64,000 nucleotides of DNA from positions 1 through 64,000 of the forward strand of contig CBFFRP010000092.1 of NCBI GenBank assembly GCA_965644295.1. The letters are read 5' to 3'. Shown here piece by piece: positions 16,884 through 29,667 of the stretch. Below the pieces are notes generated by a model. It was not told the DNA's origin and searched no databases. It was given only the letters and a program-made list of their open reading frames with translations. Origin of the DNA: Paraphysomonas bandaiensis (Eukaryota; Protista; Chrysophyceae). The position numbers were made by a program, and so were the translations under genes. Positions within the stretch are counted from its first letter, which is position 1. Every line of letters begins with the position of its first letter.

Positions 16884-17720
16884 GACGCTCAAAATTATGG
16901 AGCGAGGGCGAAAATCTTGTAGCTTGCTTGTTGTAAGAAGTTATATTGAAAGTCTTTTTATTTATCAATAGGCGTCAGAAAACTGTGCTGTAAGAAGTTA
17001 TACATATATATATATAAAAGGCAGAAAAAGATGATTTCTGATATATATTGAATGTGTATACTGTGTATGCTTTGAGAATAGCTATTGCACTATGGATCAA
17101 CTCAAACAATAAACCCCCAAATTTATATATATAATAGCTACAACAAATGCTCTTCTACCACAGAAGGATACTGAGGGAATGGCAACTGCGAGGTGTTGAA
17201 ATTCGTTCATAAGTGTGATGAATATGACCAGTGACCAGTGGTAGTCGCACGAAACTTTATTAGCATCATCATCACGTTTATATACAATACGCTTAACCTC
17301 ATTGAATGATGTGTGTATGATATGAGGCAAATAATATCCTGATAAGCATAATGTAACCCAAACGCTGAAACAGCTGGATTCCACTGCCCTTAACCCTCTA
17401 TACAACATCAGATATGACACTTAAACTGTCCTGTCCTGTATTATTGTTGAAGATTTTCAAAGTCCTGAAGGTAGATCGCTTGCACTGACATCATTATGAT
17501 CTTCTACAGCAAACGAAGGATGAATTACGGCTTGGAGTGTTAGTAGTCAGCTTTGTATAGTTGGCTCAGGATAGTGGTGTCTCTATAATAATGTACTATA
17601 ATGAATTCACCTACATACATATATACATATGACTGTCAATATCATAATAACTATAGAAGTGAGCTTCTGTTGAACCCAAGTCGGGTTAAAGAAAGCTATT
17701 TTGAGACATAATGGGGATAA
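16884..17720 (+). mobile_element. Hairpin-headed repeat family, copy 2 (5' truncated)
   Basis: Colinear with ~49930-50742 (cgctcaaaatt..gagggcgaaaa...atagaagtgagcttctgtt...atggggataa). Confidence 0.75.
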
Positions 17721-17760
17721 GCAAATATTTAATTGTGATCATCTACAATTTCTTAGCTTA

Positions 17761-19423
17761 TTATTCACTTTTCTCTTTCAAACTCAACTGCCAGCTAACA
17801 AAATAAGTGTAATACCACAACAAGTTACAGCAACCAAAAATAGAAAAAAGTGCAGGGTAAAGGTCTGGATATCTTTCTGGTGGAGAAATTTGCAATTCAG
17901 CAAAGTGCAACAAGAAAAATCCTATGAACATATTAGCACATTTTACTCAACAAACACTAGTAAATACCTGTGACTGATACGAGGAAGTACATGTGTCTAA
18001 TATATGTGATGAAAGGTTGTAACAGTTCGAACCAATGCTTTCTGGAACTTTTATTGTGTGCTTTTGTAACTTGTGTACTCAGAGTACCAATGTGCTTATC
18101 GAATATCCCGAAGAGTAAAGAACAATAAAAGACTAGTGTACAAAAGTAAGGAACGGCCTGACCATCTCTCTTCAGTAAAGGGTATAGCGTCATACCACCG
18201 ACTATTTGAAACCACCCAGCATCAAGTGGGCTCTGGGGAATCAAAAACGACGCCGGGACGAGAGCAAGAAGTAGTGACTTTTCATGCACTTGAAAGGACG
18301 CCAGGAAGAATGACAAAGAACAATTTACTAAAGCTAATAAAGCTCGTGATGGAGTTAGTGGCCGCCGCAATAGGTCGACACATATGGGAAAAAGAAGAAG
18401 TAGGGTAAGACCTAGGCTCGCGCGTACAAGGTGATCAGTCGATACAAGATGTCTGAATTCGAAAGGTACAGACAAACAATACCATATATTCGCGACTTTA
18501 TCTTCAAATATGCCTCGAGAAAAAGGGAACAGACGATGAACTATTTGTAAAAGCGTGGAAGTACAAGTGTTTTCGCCGCTAAGAAACGCGCAGAACGGAG
18601 TCCACAGGGCAGCAAACGTTAGGATGACTGTGCCTCCAACCAGTATTAGATGGACAAGTGAAGGAAATAGTGAGGATTTCATCCTGGACGAGGTATAACT
18701 CTTCAAGAAACATTTCCGAAGAAGTGAAAAAAAAAACATGGGGGCATAATATAGAGACATTTGTTTAAAGTTCAACGATAATGAGAAAAAAATACTGCCA
18801 GCAAAATCTCTGTCCACGAGGATCGCAACAGCACCGAGAAAAGCCAATCCAATACTGACTCCGTTATACTGAAAGTGTCCATGATCAATTAATATCAAAG
18901 GGGGTGCTAATAAAACTATAGCCAATATAGATTCGTACTCAAATGATTTGCAACGCTTTCTTGCAATGAGCACTCTGCACAATGCAACAACAGCAGGAAT
19001 AAGAATCACGAGATCACATAATAAAACAGACGCTCTCATAAAGGCTTTCCCAGTAGATGATTCATGACCGCGGGACTCATGCAAAAGAACAAGTTCAGGA
19101 AATACTGCATGTGCAACAATTCCGAATGCATACGATGTATAGGCAGTAAGTGGTGGATAGTCTAAACCCCAATACAGCAAATCATTATGAGTTGTATTCC
19201 TATACCTATAAATCCATTATAATAGATATAATATCAATATGATTATTAATTACCAATCTTCCATTCTTAATGCAGTGGTAATCTCCATCCAATGCCTCTG
19301 AGCCTCATAGTCTCCATACATTGGAGGATGTTGATATCCTGAGTAACCCCACATACCAACAGACACTCGTATAACAAGACATATTATAAATACACATGTA
19401 CTCCATGGTAATAGTTGTTGCAT
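17761..19423 (-). CDS. ALG6: Dol-P-Glc:Man9GlcNAc2-PP-Dol alpha-1,3-glucosyltransferase; exons 19423-19254, 19205-17968, 17921-17761
   Basis: PPMYGDYEAQRHWMEIT, YWGLDYPPLTAY, IDHGHFQYN, RGIFEDKVAN, FQVHEKS, PPERYPDL; C-terminal KEKSE (KxKxx ER signal). Confidence 0.95.
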
Positions 19424-19779
19424 TGATTAATATTTGGATTATTAGTGTTTAATGTGCCTCTTTGTGGAAATGATTTTGATATGTATATATATATATATGC
19501 ATATATATGGGCACACTTAAGTAAGCATTGTACCTATAAAGTGTACTTATATACATATCTATGTACATACAGTAGTACATGATGTACAGCAGTATACATA
19601 TGTACACATATACATACATAAGTACAAAGGGTTATAGATACAGCAGTACTGTACTGGCGAGTGAGTACCTTCAGTACCTTCAGTGGACTGGTAGCATGCA
19701 TCTCAACTTAAATTATTAACAGTGTAATTGACGATTATACCATAGTTTCATATAGTTTTTTTATCAAGTATGACATAGT

Positions 19780-20578
19780 ATGCCACCCGAAGAGAACGAA
19801 TCACTGATTGAGGTATGTACAATCGATATATATCACGTCCTCAATTATGAATATATTTAATAGACGAGTAATCACAAAATTCCTATTGAGAGCTTGTATA
19901 GTATTCTACAATCATCTCCTAATGGAATGGAAATGACACAGCGGCGTATTCGCCGTGAACTTGATGATATGAATGTTATTCCACCCCCTTTGAAGTGCCC
20001 TGCATGGTTATGTTGCATATTACCATGTTTATTAAAAACAAAAGATATGCAGTATTTCAATGAATGCAGTGCTGAATATGCAGAAGTTATGATAGATAAT
20101 AAATGGGTGAAAATTGATCCAGTTGGGGTGTTGACAGGTGATGTCGTTAGAGTAACTGAAGGGAACCGAGTTCCTGCGGACTTACGAGTAATATCTGTGA
20201 GTATATGCTGCACGATAAAGTAGTGCTAGTTATGACTCTTTTACAGGTAGTTGGGGAAGAGTGCAAATTTGTGCCTACATGTATTACTGGCACATCAACT
20301 CCAAGATCATGTCGGCCTGAATTATTTACGAACTCATATAGAAATTCCCCGAACATGGCATTCGCTGGGTTTATGTGCACAGAAGGTACTATAGTTACTG
20401 TTTTTGTCATTGTTGATTTTTGTTCATTGTTTTATCAGGCGAATGTATAGGAATTGTGATTGCAACGGGCCGAAATACTTTACTTGGGAGAATGATTGAG
20501 ATGAACGAATGGCCCCCGGCTTTAGTAGACGACTCCGCGGTACACGAACGAGATATCAGATTAAATTCTTTCGTGTAA
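19780..20578 (+). CDS. Stand-alone P2-type ATPase N-terminal + actuator (E1-E2) domain protein, ~215 aa; exons 19780-19812, 19864-20196, 20247-20385, 20439-20578
   Basis: GDVVRVTEGNRVPADLRVI, CITGTSTP, NMAFAGFMCTEGECIGIVIATGRNTLLGRM; three canonical introns keep frame; stop soon after. Confidence 0.8.
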
Positions 20579-20845
20579 ATCTTCATAGAGGTGTAATAAT
20601 GTTTCTAATAGTGCCACTAGATAGATTTATGGAACTAGAAATACATCTGCGCTTGTATACTGTATCTGAAATATTAACATCGGTGGGCCGTATTAGGTAC
20701 CTATAGGTACTTTTTCAGAGGTCCACCGATGTTTGTCCAATGTTCTTCACAAATTATGACTGCTGGGCGGTGACATGGTAAATATCAATGTACTTCTATT
20801 CTTCAGCTTGTTTCGTGTTGCTAATACTAAATATCGGTTTATATC

Positions 20846-20990
20846 AGGGCCTGGTAACCATTAATGGCCCATTAATGGTAGTCCAGCTCCCGGCAATTAT
20901 AATGGCATTAATGTAAAATGTCCCGGCAATTATAATGTCCCATTAATACCTACTAACTTAAAGTAGATAGCACCACTCATATAATAGATA
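20846..20990. mobile_element. hAT family-B terminus
   Basis: cagggcctggtaaccattaatgg...; reverse-complement match to ~37826-37958. Confidence 0.8.
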
Positions 20991-21694
20991 CTGTTGTGCT
21001 CCCTTAATTGCTAATTTTTAGTTAAATAGCAGACTACAAATTTTAACTACTTCTCGTTTATATCCGCCACTTTTGGAATACCATATTTTATACAAGTGAA
21101 ATAACGAAACTCTGCAACAAATCATATATAGTACATTTTGATAGGGAGCCTGAACATTTAAAAAAGTATAAATTATATAGATTTACTTCAGCCCATTGAA
21201 AGAAATATTCCAGAAAATAGCATATCAACGATCGAAATTTATATACTCGAATGCTATATACAATATACATCTTTCAGTGGGCAACAATTTAACAATATCT
21301 GTTAACTGGATTTGAGTGGAACATGTAACGTATATACTAAATAGTCTATAGTAAATATTATTTCCATTACTCAAACAGTATCATCAAAATTTGTGGTAAC
21401 AACAAAGTTGCCGTATAATTAGAGATTGCCATAAAAAAAAATCAAAAAATCAATACTTTAATGTATTGTACAATCTAGTTCGTTGCAAGCCTTTCATATT
21501 TCATAATTCTACCTTGATTATAATAATATATAAAGATATAAGGTGCATGTTCAGCGATCACAGTACCTTGATTTGATTAGTCTGGTTTCATCACCACTAT
21601 TAAAATACCAGGGGACAATGATAAAGGGGATTATTCTATGTATTAATATACTTTCGAGATGCTAGCTCGTCCAATAGTACCCTCTTAGTTACCA

Positions 21695-22245
21695 TAGGAA
21701 CAGATCGCGGGACCACTCGAGGTCTCGGAGGCACCGACGGAGTTCGCCTAGTAGTCGGTCCCGACGAAGGAGCAGCAGGTCTGAAAGTCGGGGTTCGAGA
21801 AAGTCTCGACGCTAGGAGAACTCTCGAAGGAGGAGAGACTCCGAACGGGTACATTTGAGATGTTGCAACAGCAAGTGCAGCAGTTGCAGGCAACGTTAGC
21901 AGGCCAACAATCTGCAGGAGGGGTAAGGAGTGGGAGAGCACCTGCCTCATTGCAATATAGCAATACAGGGATTGTTGGCAGAAATCAACGACCGATCCAC
22001 TTCTCACCCACCATCCCTGCATTGCTATATTGCAATGAGGCAAGTGCTCTCCCACTCCTTTCCCCTCCTGCAGATTGTTGGCCTGCTAACGTTGCCTGCA
22101 ACTGCTGCACTTGCTGTTCTCCGAGCGTCGAGACTTTCTCGAACCCCGACTTTCAGGCCTGCTGCTCCTTCGTCAGGACCAACTACTACTACGCGAACTC
22201 CGTGTGTGCCTCCGAGAAATGGAGTGGTCATGCGATCTGCTCCTA
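21695..22245. repeat. Long imperfect inverted repeat (hairpin), arms ~245-290 bp, loop ~16 nt
   Basis: e.g. cagcaagtgcagcagttgcaggcaacgttagcaggccaacaatctgcaggagggg vs cccctcctgcagattgttggcctgctaacgttgcctgcaactgctgcacttgctg. Confidence 0.92.
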
Positions 22246-22900
22246 GCCCGCCGCTCGTAAAGACGAGCAGCTGTGAGATCTCCCCCTAGATCTCCTGAAT
22301 CCTCCTCTTCCCTTGCTTCAGAAGCTTCCCTGCTTCTTCTAGAAACCTCTTCTCTCTCTTGGTTTCTTCTCATCCGAGACTTCAGTTCCCTCCTTCGAGA
22401 CAGTTTTCGACTCCTACTCTCACTCAGAGAGTTATGCTCGCTCTCCCTCTAAGAGCTGGAGTCCTTGAGAAGCACTAACCCTCTTCATCGACTCTCGCCT
22501 CCCCCAGCGAAGTCCATGATGTTACTTCCCACCCAGATTCCTCTTCCGGGTTCCGTACTGTGAGTGTCTCTATCTATGTGTAAAGCACCACACTCATATA
22601 AGAGATAAAAGAAGTGATTATTATGCAACACCGAATTATAAATAATACATCTCCATCTATATATACAATATCAACGGCGGCTAAACTCAAAAAAACAACG
22701 ATAACATTTCCCTACACCCTTTGCGTTGGAAATTCCGAGCTGGGGACAGCTGTCTCCTCCTTCGAGTTGGAAGCAATTGGTTCCTCCTGAACCCCCTCCC
22801 CTTCTTGCTCACATCACTCTTCTTTGCACTTCTCGTGTGTCTAGCCATAATTCACTCAAGTATCGATACTTTCATGCCACAGTAGATACTTTTGTATGTA

Positions 22901-23234
22901 CAGGTTCGGTCAAAAAGAAAACAACAACGTTTTTTTTGAGAATTTAACTTAAGCAAATGTAAAAGCTGTAAAAGCAAAGAAAGAGAGGATGCCTTGATTG
23001 TAAGAGAAGTAAAAAAGAGTTTTAAGCTGTCTGACAATCAACGCATCCTCTCTTGCAGTTGTTTTTCTCTTTCTACCGGTGCCAGGAGTGCGGTTGAAAC
23101 ATTTCGTCGAAATTATTTTGTTGTAAACTCTGCATAAATTGCCGGAATTTAGCTTCATCCGCTTCCCAATATCACGAAACGTTAGTCCGGCATGTCGAAG
23201 TGCGAGTAGCTGCTTGTTGTCAGCACTATAAACT
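22901..23234 (-). mobile_element. Tc1/mariner relic (HTH region plus one TIR)
   Basis: GLTFRDIGKRMKLNSGNLCRVY...PGTGRKRKTTAREDALIVR (GRPR-like motif); TA|CAGGTTCGGTCAAAAA terminus at 22901. Confidence 0.75.
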
Positions 23235-23805
23235 GTATGTATGTATGTATGTATGTATGTATGTATGTATGTATGTATGTATGTATGTATGTATGTATGT
23301 ACGTATGTATGTATGTATGTATGTATGTATGTATGTATGTATGTATGTATGTATGTATGTATGTATGTATGTATGTATGTATGTATGTATGTATGTATGT
23401 ATGTATGTATGTATGTATGTATGTATGTATGTATGTATGTATGTATGTATGTATGTATGTATGTATGTATGTATGTATGTATGTATGTATGTATGTATGT
23501 ATGTATGTATGTATGTATGTATGTATGTATGTATGTATGTATGTATGTATCATGTATGTATGTATGTATGTATGTATGTATGTATGTATGTATGTATGTA
23601 TGTATGTATGTATGAATGTATGTATGTATGTATGTATGTATGTATGTATGTATGTATGTATGTATGTATGTATGTATGTATGTATGTATGTATGTATGTA
23701 TGTATGTATGTATGTATGTATGTATGTATGTATGTATGTATGTATATATATTCTGTATGTATGTATGTATGTATGTATGTATGTATGTATGTATGTATGT
23801 GTGTA
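23235..23805. repeat. (TATG)n microsatellite array, ~570 bp
   Basis: Direct inspection. Confidence 0.98.
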
Positions 23806-23886
23806 TATACCGTAGCTTTGTGCGTAGATGATACATGCATGTCAACTCATTGACTTCCTTCCACTTCACTTCATTATACTTCTATT

Positions 23887-26853
23887 ATGGGTAAACCCAA
23901 TACTAAAAAACACACATCAACCCAACCAGTAAGCTCCACCGCCTCTGGTAATACCACTATCAAGCTCATGTTATCCCTCACATCCTCTAGTATCATACTT
24001 ATCCTTATATTCTATCTTACTCAAACTTCATCGAATCAAACAATAAATTCACTTTCATGGAAATGTGGTAATTCATCATTATGGTATCAAATAGAGAAGC
24101 CTATACGAGCCTATAGCCCTCATAACTTAACATGGGGATCATATCGTCCAGGCGTCTATTTCGGTAATTCGATCATCTCAATACATTCATTGAACTACTT
24201 AAACATATTTTTTAGGTATGAAAACTAAAACAGATCCACTTTTTTTAAGTACAGGAGTGTTATGGGGTGAAGGACAGACTCCTTATAATAGAAACTATAG
24301 ACATAATGTACGACAAGATGAACTTAATCATTTTGAATGGATATATAATGATGGGAAACAATTTGGTATTGAAATGTTAGTTGATCAGAAAGCAGATGCT
24401 GTAGTAAATGCTTCGTTTATTGTGAATGATAATATTAAGGATGGTCGGGGATGGACTCAGCAATTCGATATTCGTAAGGAGAAGGTGTCAGTTGCTCTTC
24501 CGTTTATATTCTATATGGGGGCAGAGTGTGACAAAGATGATAGCAGTGTATGCTTTTCTTCTTCAGATGTACACAGTGTGGAGGTGATTTCTTATGATGT
24601 ACACTCCCTTCGAGCTGTGGGTTACACTTCGCTTTCTGGTTGGTTTTCTCTTGACGTAGTAGTTGACCAGGATAAGGAGCAACAGGTAAACGAAGAGGAT
24701 GATCGCTCCGGCACCTATCCGTCCTTTATTTCCCCTTCGCTTTCCTATCTTTGTCCGGCACGACCTGGTATCCATAGTATTGCAGAAGAAATTGAGAAGT
24801 CCAGCGAGACTAATAGACATCGAATGCTTGCTGCCTCCCGTGGAAAGAGCGGTCGGAAGAGGAAGAAGAATGAGTTAATCGGTGCTGTATTTGACCTCGA
24901 CTCCCAAGAGCTCCCCAACAAAGTTGAAAATTCTGCTACTGGTGTGACGGTACAGGTAATGTCTAAAGTATCATTCCGGATGACTGTCACCTTCACTGCA
25001 CTTCCTGGTTGGACCTCAATAAAAGATGTCTATGACTGGTCACGTCCAGCAGATGGCGTGACTCATGATCAGCGCCTATCCGGACACATAACAGCTTTTA
25101 ACAAGAAATTTGAAACCATATATGGACTGGAAGAGAAAGGATTTGATGAGGACGATATGGATATTGCACGGAAGGCACTTAGTAACACCTTGGGAGGCTT
25201 GGGGTACTTCCACGGTACTCCAGTGATTGGTGACGCCACAGAGTATACTGATAAGAAAAAACAGCAGAAGGGGGCCGCGCTAGCTGATGAGGGCGCTGTG
25301 AACACACCAGAAGTGTCCCTTTCATTGTTTTCTGCTACACCTTCCAGATCATCTTTTCCTCGTGGCTTCTTATGGGATGAAGGTTTCCATCAAATGCTTA
25401 TCAGCCAATGGGATCCTAGTATCACTATGGAAGTAGTATCGCACTGGATGGGATGCATGCTTCATTCGACGTCCTCTGAATGCGATGGGGGATGGATTCC
25501 ACGCGAGCTTATCCTAGGATATGCTGCCACTCGTGTAGTCCCCAGTGAATTTGTTACACAGAGGGTTGATGTTGCTAATCCGCCTACCCTTCTACTGGTA
25601 ATTGAAGGAATGGTGGACAGTCTAGAGCGGATTGATCCTCGCACTTGTCTCGCTAATGAGATGGGCTCATCTTGTGGCGTGGATGAAGATAGAGAATCTC
25701 TTTTTCAATTTTTGGGAGAGTCGTATGGTCGACTTCATGATTGGGTGCAGTGGCTGTTGCATTCCCAGCGCGGGATGATCCCTGGATCATTCCGATGGAG
25801 GGGCAGAAAGCTGGATAATTCGCGGCTTATTACGAACACACTCTCATCCGGGCTGGACGACTATCCTCGCAGCGCATTTCCTTCCGAGGATGAATACCAC
25901 GTAGATATACTTTGTTGGGTGATCGCGTCAGTTCGTGCTATGGGTAAACTTAATGCTGCTCTCACTGCACATGGTGTTAACGACCATTTACTGACTTCAA
26001 CTCGAGATATGTACTCTGATGACGCTTTGGCTTTCTACTCCCAACGATTGGTGGACTTACATTGGTCAGACAAACACGGTATGTTCTTAGACGTAGGCTT
26101 GGTGGGAGAGCAAGAGAAACTTTCAATGACGGCTAGTATTAGATGTGGGGCTGGCGATAGACGCAGGGGGTACGTGGAGGTAGCTGTGGAAGAAGATCAT
26201 TTCATGCATGCCATGCAAACGAAGGACTTTAATTCCCTCTGTCCACGTCAATTCCCAATGTTTATCTCTCCTGCCTATGAGGACAGTGGTGCTCTAAAAA
26301 GTCGCAGAGTTTACGAGACATCCGAGCCACGTGGGTTACGCCACATACCCCGTATTGGGTACGTAAATCTCTTCCCCCTTCTCCTATGCGTATTGGCTCC
26401 AGATTCCCAACAACTCTCGATGGTACTGGATATCCTTGAGTCTCGAGATCACCTTTGGAGTGACCACGGACTGAGATCTATGTCTACCAAGGATTTATTT
26501 TATAAAGTTGAAAATGCGCCTGGTGATGCGCCATACTGGAGGTTGGTGGGAATACTCTTATTGTATGTATTAACCCATTATTTTACAGAGGACCTATATG
26601 GATACCTGTTAACTATTTAGCAATTAAAGCACTCAAATATTACAGTTCAATCGATACATGCATTGAGAAAGAGCGTTCTTTGAGATTGTACACTGAACTT
26701 AGATCCAATGTAATCCGCACGATACTTACGTCGTACAAAGAGACGGGTTACTTCTGGGAGCAGTATGATGACATTAGTGGTAGTGGTATGCGAGGTCATC
26801 CATTTTCCGGGTGGACTGCGCTCTTATTGAATATAATGGCTGAAGCGTATTAA
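23887..26853 (+). CDS. GCS1: Mannosyl-oligosaccharide glucosidase (ER glucosidase I, GH63); exons 23887-24163, 24216-26541, 26589-26853
   Basis: Type II anchor; WGSYRPGVYFG; PSRSSFPRGFLWDEGFH; TLSSGLDDYPR; YWRGPIW; FWEQYDD...HPFSGWT. Confidence 0.95.
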
Positions 26854-27234
26854 GTTTTGATGAAACTAATTGCTAATTAAGTATACGCGAGTTTGTGTTG
26901 GTTAGATTTCCGCACCTTTAGGCAGTCAAGCCGTTGCGCTTTATTACAACTTCGATGGCAGTATTTTACAGTTTTTTACAGTTGGTGTAGTGCACTAAGT
27001 ATATACCGTCTGTTCATGTGGCATATAGTCCTGATAATCTTGTTTCAAAATGGAGAGTACGCTTAACACTTAGAATTACAGAGTAATAATATATGTAGTG
27101 CAGGTAGTACTTACCGAATATATTTAAGGGATCTATAAATCTATATAGTATATAGGACGTAGTCAATTTCCAAGTCACCCCAATATTGGTATGTGTGAAA
27201 ACATAGCATTAAGTAATTCGTAATTCATATATAT

Positions 27235-27455
27235 AAGGTGAACATCCTGGATGCTTGACTTCAGCAGGCAGTCCAGTACCCCAGTTACCCTTCAGGTGGA
27301 CCCAGTCCCGGATGCCTTTGAGGTGGGCCCTGTCCCGGATCCTCTCTGTTTATACGTCAAGGCCCAAAGGTGTCTACACAAGTGACATTTATATTGGTGT
27401 CCTTCTGTACCACACAAGCATTCAGCTATGAGTGAGCAGAAGGCTATCTGCTGTC
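27235..27455 (+). repeat. Dispersed repeat X, uninterrupted copy (interrupted copy at ~36760-38060)
   Basis: aggtgaaca..ggatgcttgac..aggcccaaag joined to tacacaagt..gtaccacacaag..gctatgagtg. Confidence 0.78.
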
Positions 27456-27500
27456 TATGTTTGCGGCTCATGTTAGTTTATCAAGATTCATTTAATATAA

Positions 27501-29085
27501 GTAAACAATATGCAAACATTGGGGAAAAAAAATTTCCACGTTTTTGACGTACATTTCTTGTTAAAACTAGCTAGTTACTAGAGTGCAAATAAATAGTTCT
27601 CTGCATTTGTATTGATATATTATTGACTAATATTGCAAATTAATATTAATTTCAGTATAAAAATGATCTCAACTAACCCTTTGATTGCTATGTACATGAA
27701 TGAGCTACAAACTAGTTCTAGCTAGTCATTGTATAAACTTAAAACCACATAATTATTGAACAGATATGCTACAAAGATGCAATGCACACTCTACTCTTCT
27801 CTATGTTTCAATAACATTCTGCAGAATTCCTTGTTCTTCTCCTTCCGGTTCTCAAGCTCGAGGCGCTGGACTTCAGCTTTGAAGTTGTCACGTTCATAAG
27901 CCATATGAATGTGTTCCAGTAGAAGACTTTCTGTGTAGGAGTTCTTCCTGCTCTTCTTTCTATCTTTGCTTCGGTTTCGACGGGGAGGTCTCATTTTTCG
28001 ACGAAGCTGTTTTCTAGAACTCAATGTAATGGTGCCTCCTCTTCACAACTGCTGCTGGAGTGCCCATCATCAATGCATACGGGCAACTCCTCAGAGCTCT
28101 CCATCTCTTTCATCCGACGACTCTTTCTTAAAGTCGACTTAGAATTAGTCAGGTCATGCACTACAGAAGCTGAAACTTGATATTTTTTTTAGGACTAGGA
28201 ACGTCGGTAGCAGCAACAGCAGTAGCTGGAAGCTTACTTGCTTTGTCCCGCTTTAGTGTCTCAATTTCCCGCTTCATAGACTGCACCAGATTCCTCATTT
28301 CATCAATCTGGGCTTGCATATCCTCCTCTTCTTCTTCCTCCTCCTCTTCCTCCTCTTCCCCCTCCTCCTCCTTATTAGCTTTCATAATACTGGCTCTGAT
28401 AGTAATCGTGGAACTGGTTGTGAGGGAGTCCAACGAGGAGGTGGTAGAGGCCGTGGTAGAGGGCGTAGAAGGAATCGGCGTGTTGTGGAGTCGGACTCCA
28501 GTGATAACGAAGAGAGCGCCGAGGAGGTGCCGGAAGACGACGCAGAGAGTGAGCCGGAAGACGACACAGAGAGCGAGCCGGATAGTGATAACGTAGACAA
28601 CTGCAGTGGCTCAGCGAGTGATGCTAGCAGTTCGGATGATGAAGTCGGAGTATCGTTTGAAGTAGGCAACAAAGTGAGGAATATCAGAGGTCTGAATGGT
28701 GTAGTTACTGCTGTTGTTGGTAAGTTGTATGATGTGAAGTACACTGATGGGCGCACCGATAGATTAAAGCGCAATCAGTTGAAAGCACCTGTAGTTAGAA
28801 AGAGTTCTGCGCCTAGATTGTCGTCTGCTGGGAACTACTCAATAATTGCACATCATGCAGACCAGTGGGTTGGTAGTAGTAGTATTTTAGGACAGACAAC
28901 GTAGTTATTGGTAAAAGGAAACGTGCTGTTGGTGTGTCCTATAAGACCTAAATATTTATTAACACTACTGTACTAGTGCATTCAAGCACTTTTAGAACCA
29001 TTCTACAAAAATTCTTAAAAGTCTAGTAAAATCTACTAGATTTTCCCAAATTTTTGAAAATTTCCCACGTTTGCATATTGTTTGC
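27501..29085. mobile_element. 1.6-kb TIR element without transposase, carrying coding-like cargo
   Basis: TIR gYaaacaatatgcaaac..gggaaa at both ends; 4-bp flanking ataa/ataa. Confidence 0.75.
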
Positions 29086-29667
29086 ATAATAGGATGGTAA
29101 AAGCTTGATAAACGGAACGCAATTTGCAATCAATTCTTTAGTTCTAAATAAATTATGATCAATCTCAACTACCAATCATTTCTTTATACGATCTTACACA
29201 GTGAACTACCATCATCTCAATAGTTCATGTAATACTATGTTTATTTTGGTGCTCTGTATAACAAGCCAATAATTATGTTGTTTGGTGCGAACAAGTATAT
29301 TAGACAGTCAGTACTCAGTGCTCTCAGTGGATATATATATATATATTATAAGAAAGACTAGGTTTAACACTCACTTGACTAGGTTGAATCATTTATATTA
29401 CTTTGACTGGGTTTTGACACCAAATCAGTGTGATTATGTAATTCAACTAATATGACTAGGGTTTTCTTTAGATTTTATCAAAAAAGTATAAACCGTATTC
29501 TACTTAAATATTTCAATAAATTATCATTATCATATTATTTAGTGTATGCATGCATTGAAAACTAGGCCTTATATTATAATAACAATGGAATATGATCTAA
29601 AAACTTTACTCCATTATTTCCGTTTGACTTTACTTGAACCATATCAATTACCAGGACTTATCACTTA

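Noticed and set aside
23235-23805. Telomeric repeat or interstitial telomere
   Set aside because: TATG lacks G-runs and occurs internally next to promoters in both orientations
22949-23869. Long MYVC/HTYI ORFs (also at 7, 32 and 61 kb)
   Set aside because: Translation of stop-free tetranucleotide microsatellites; only the Tc1 part at 23020-23230 is real
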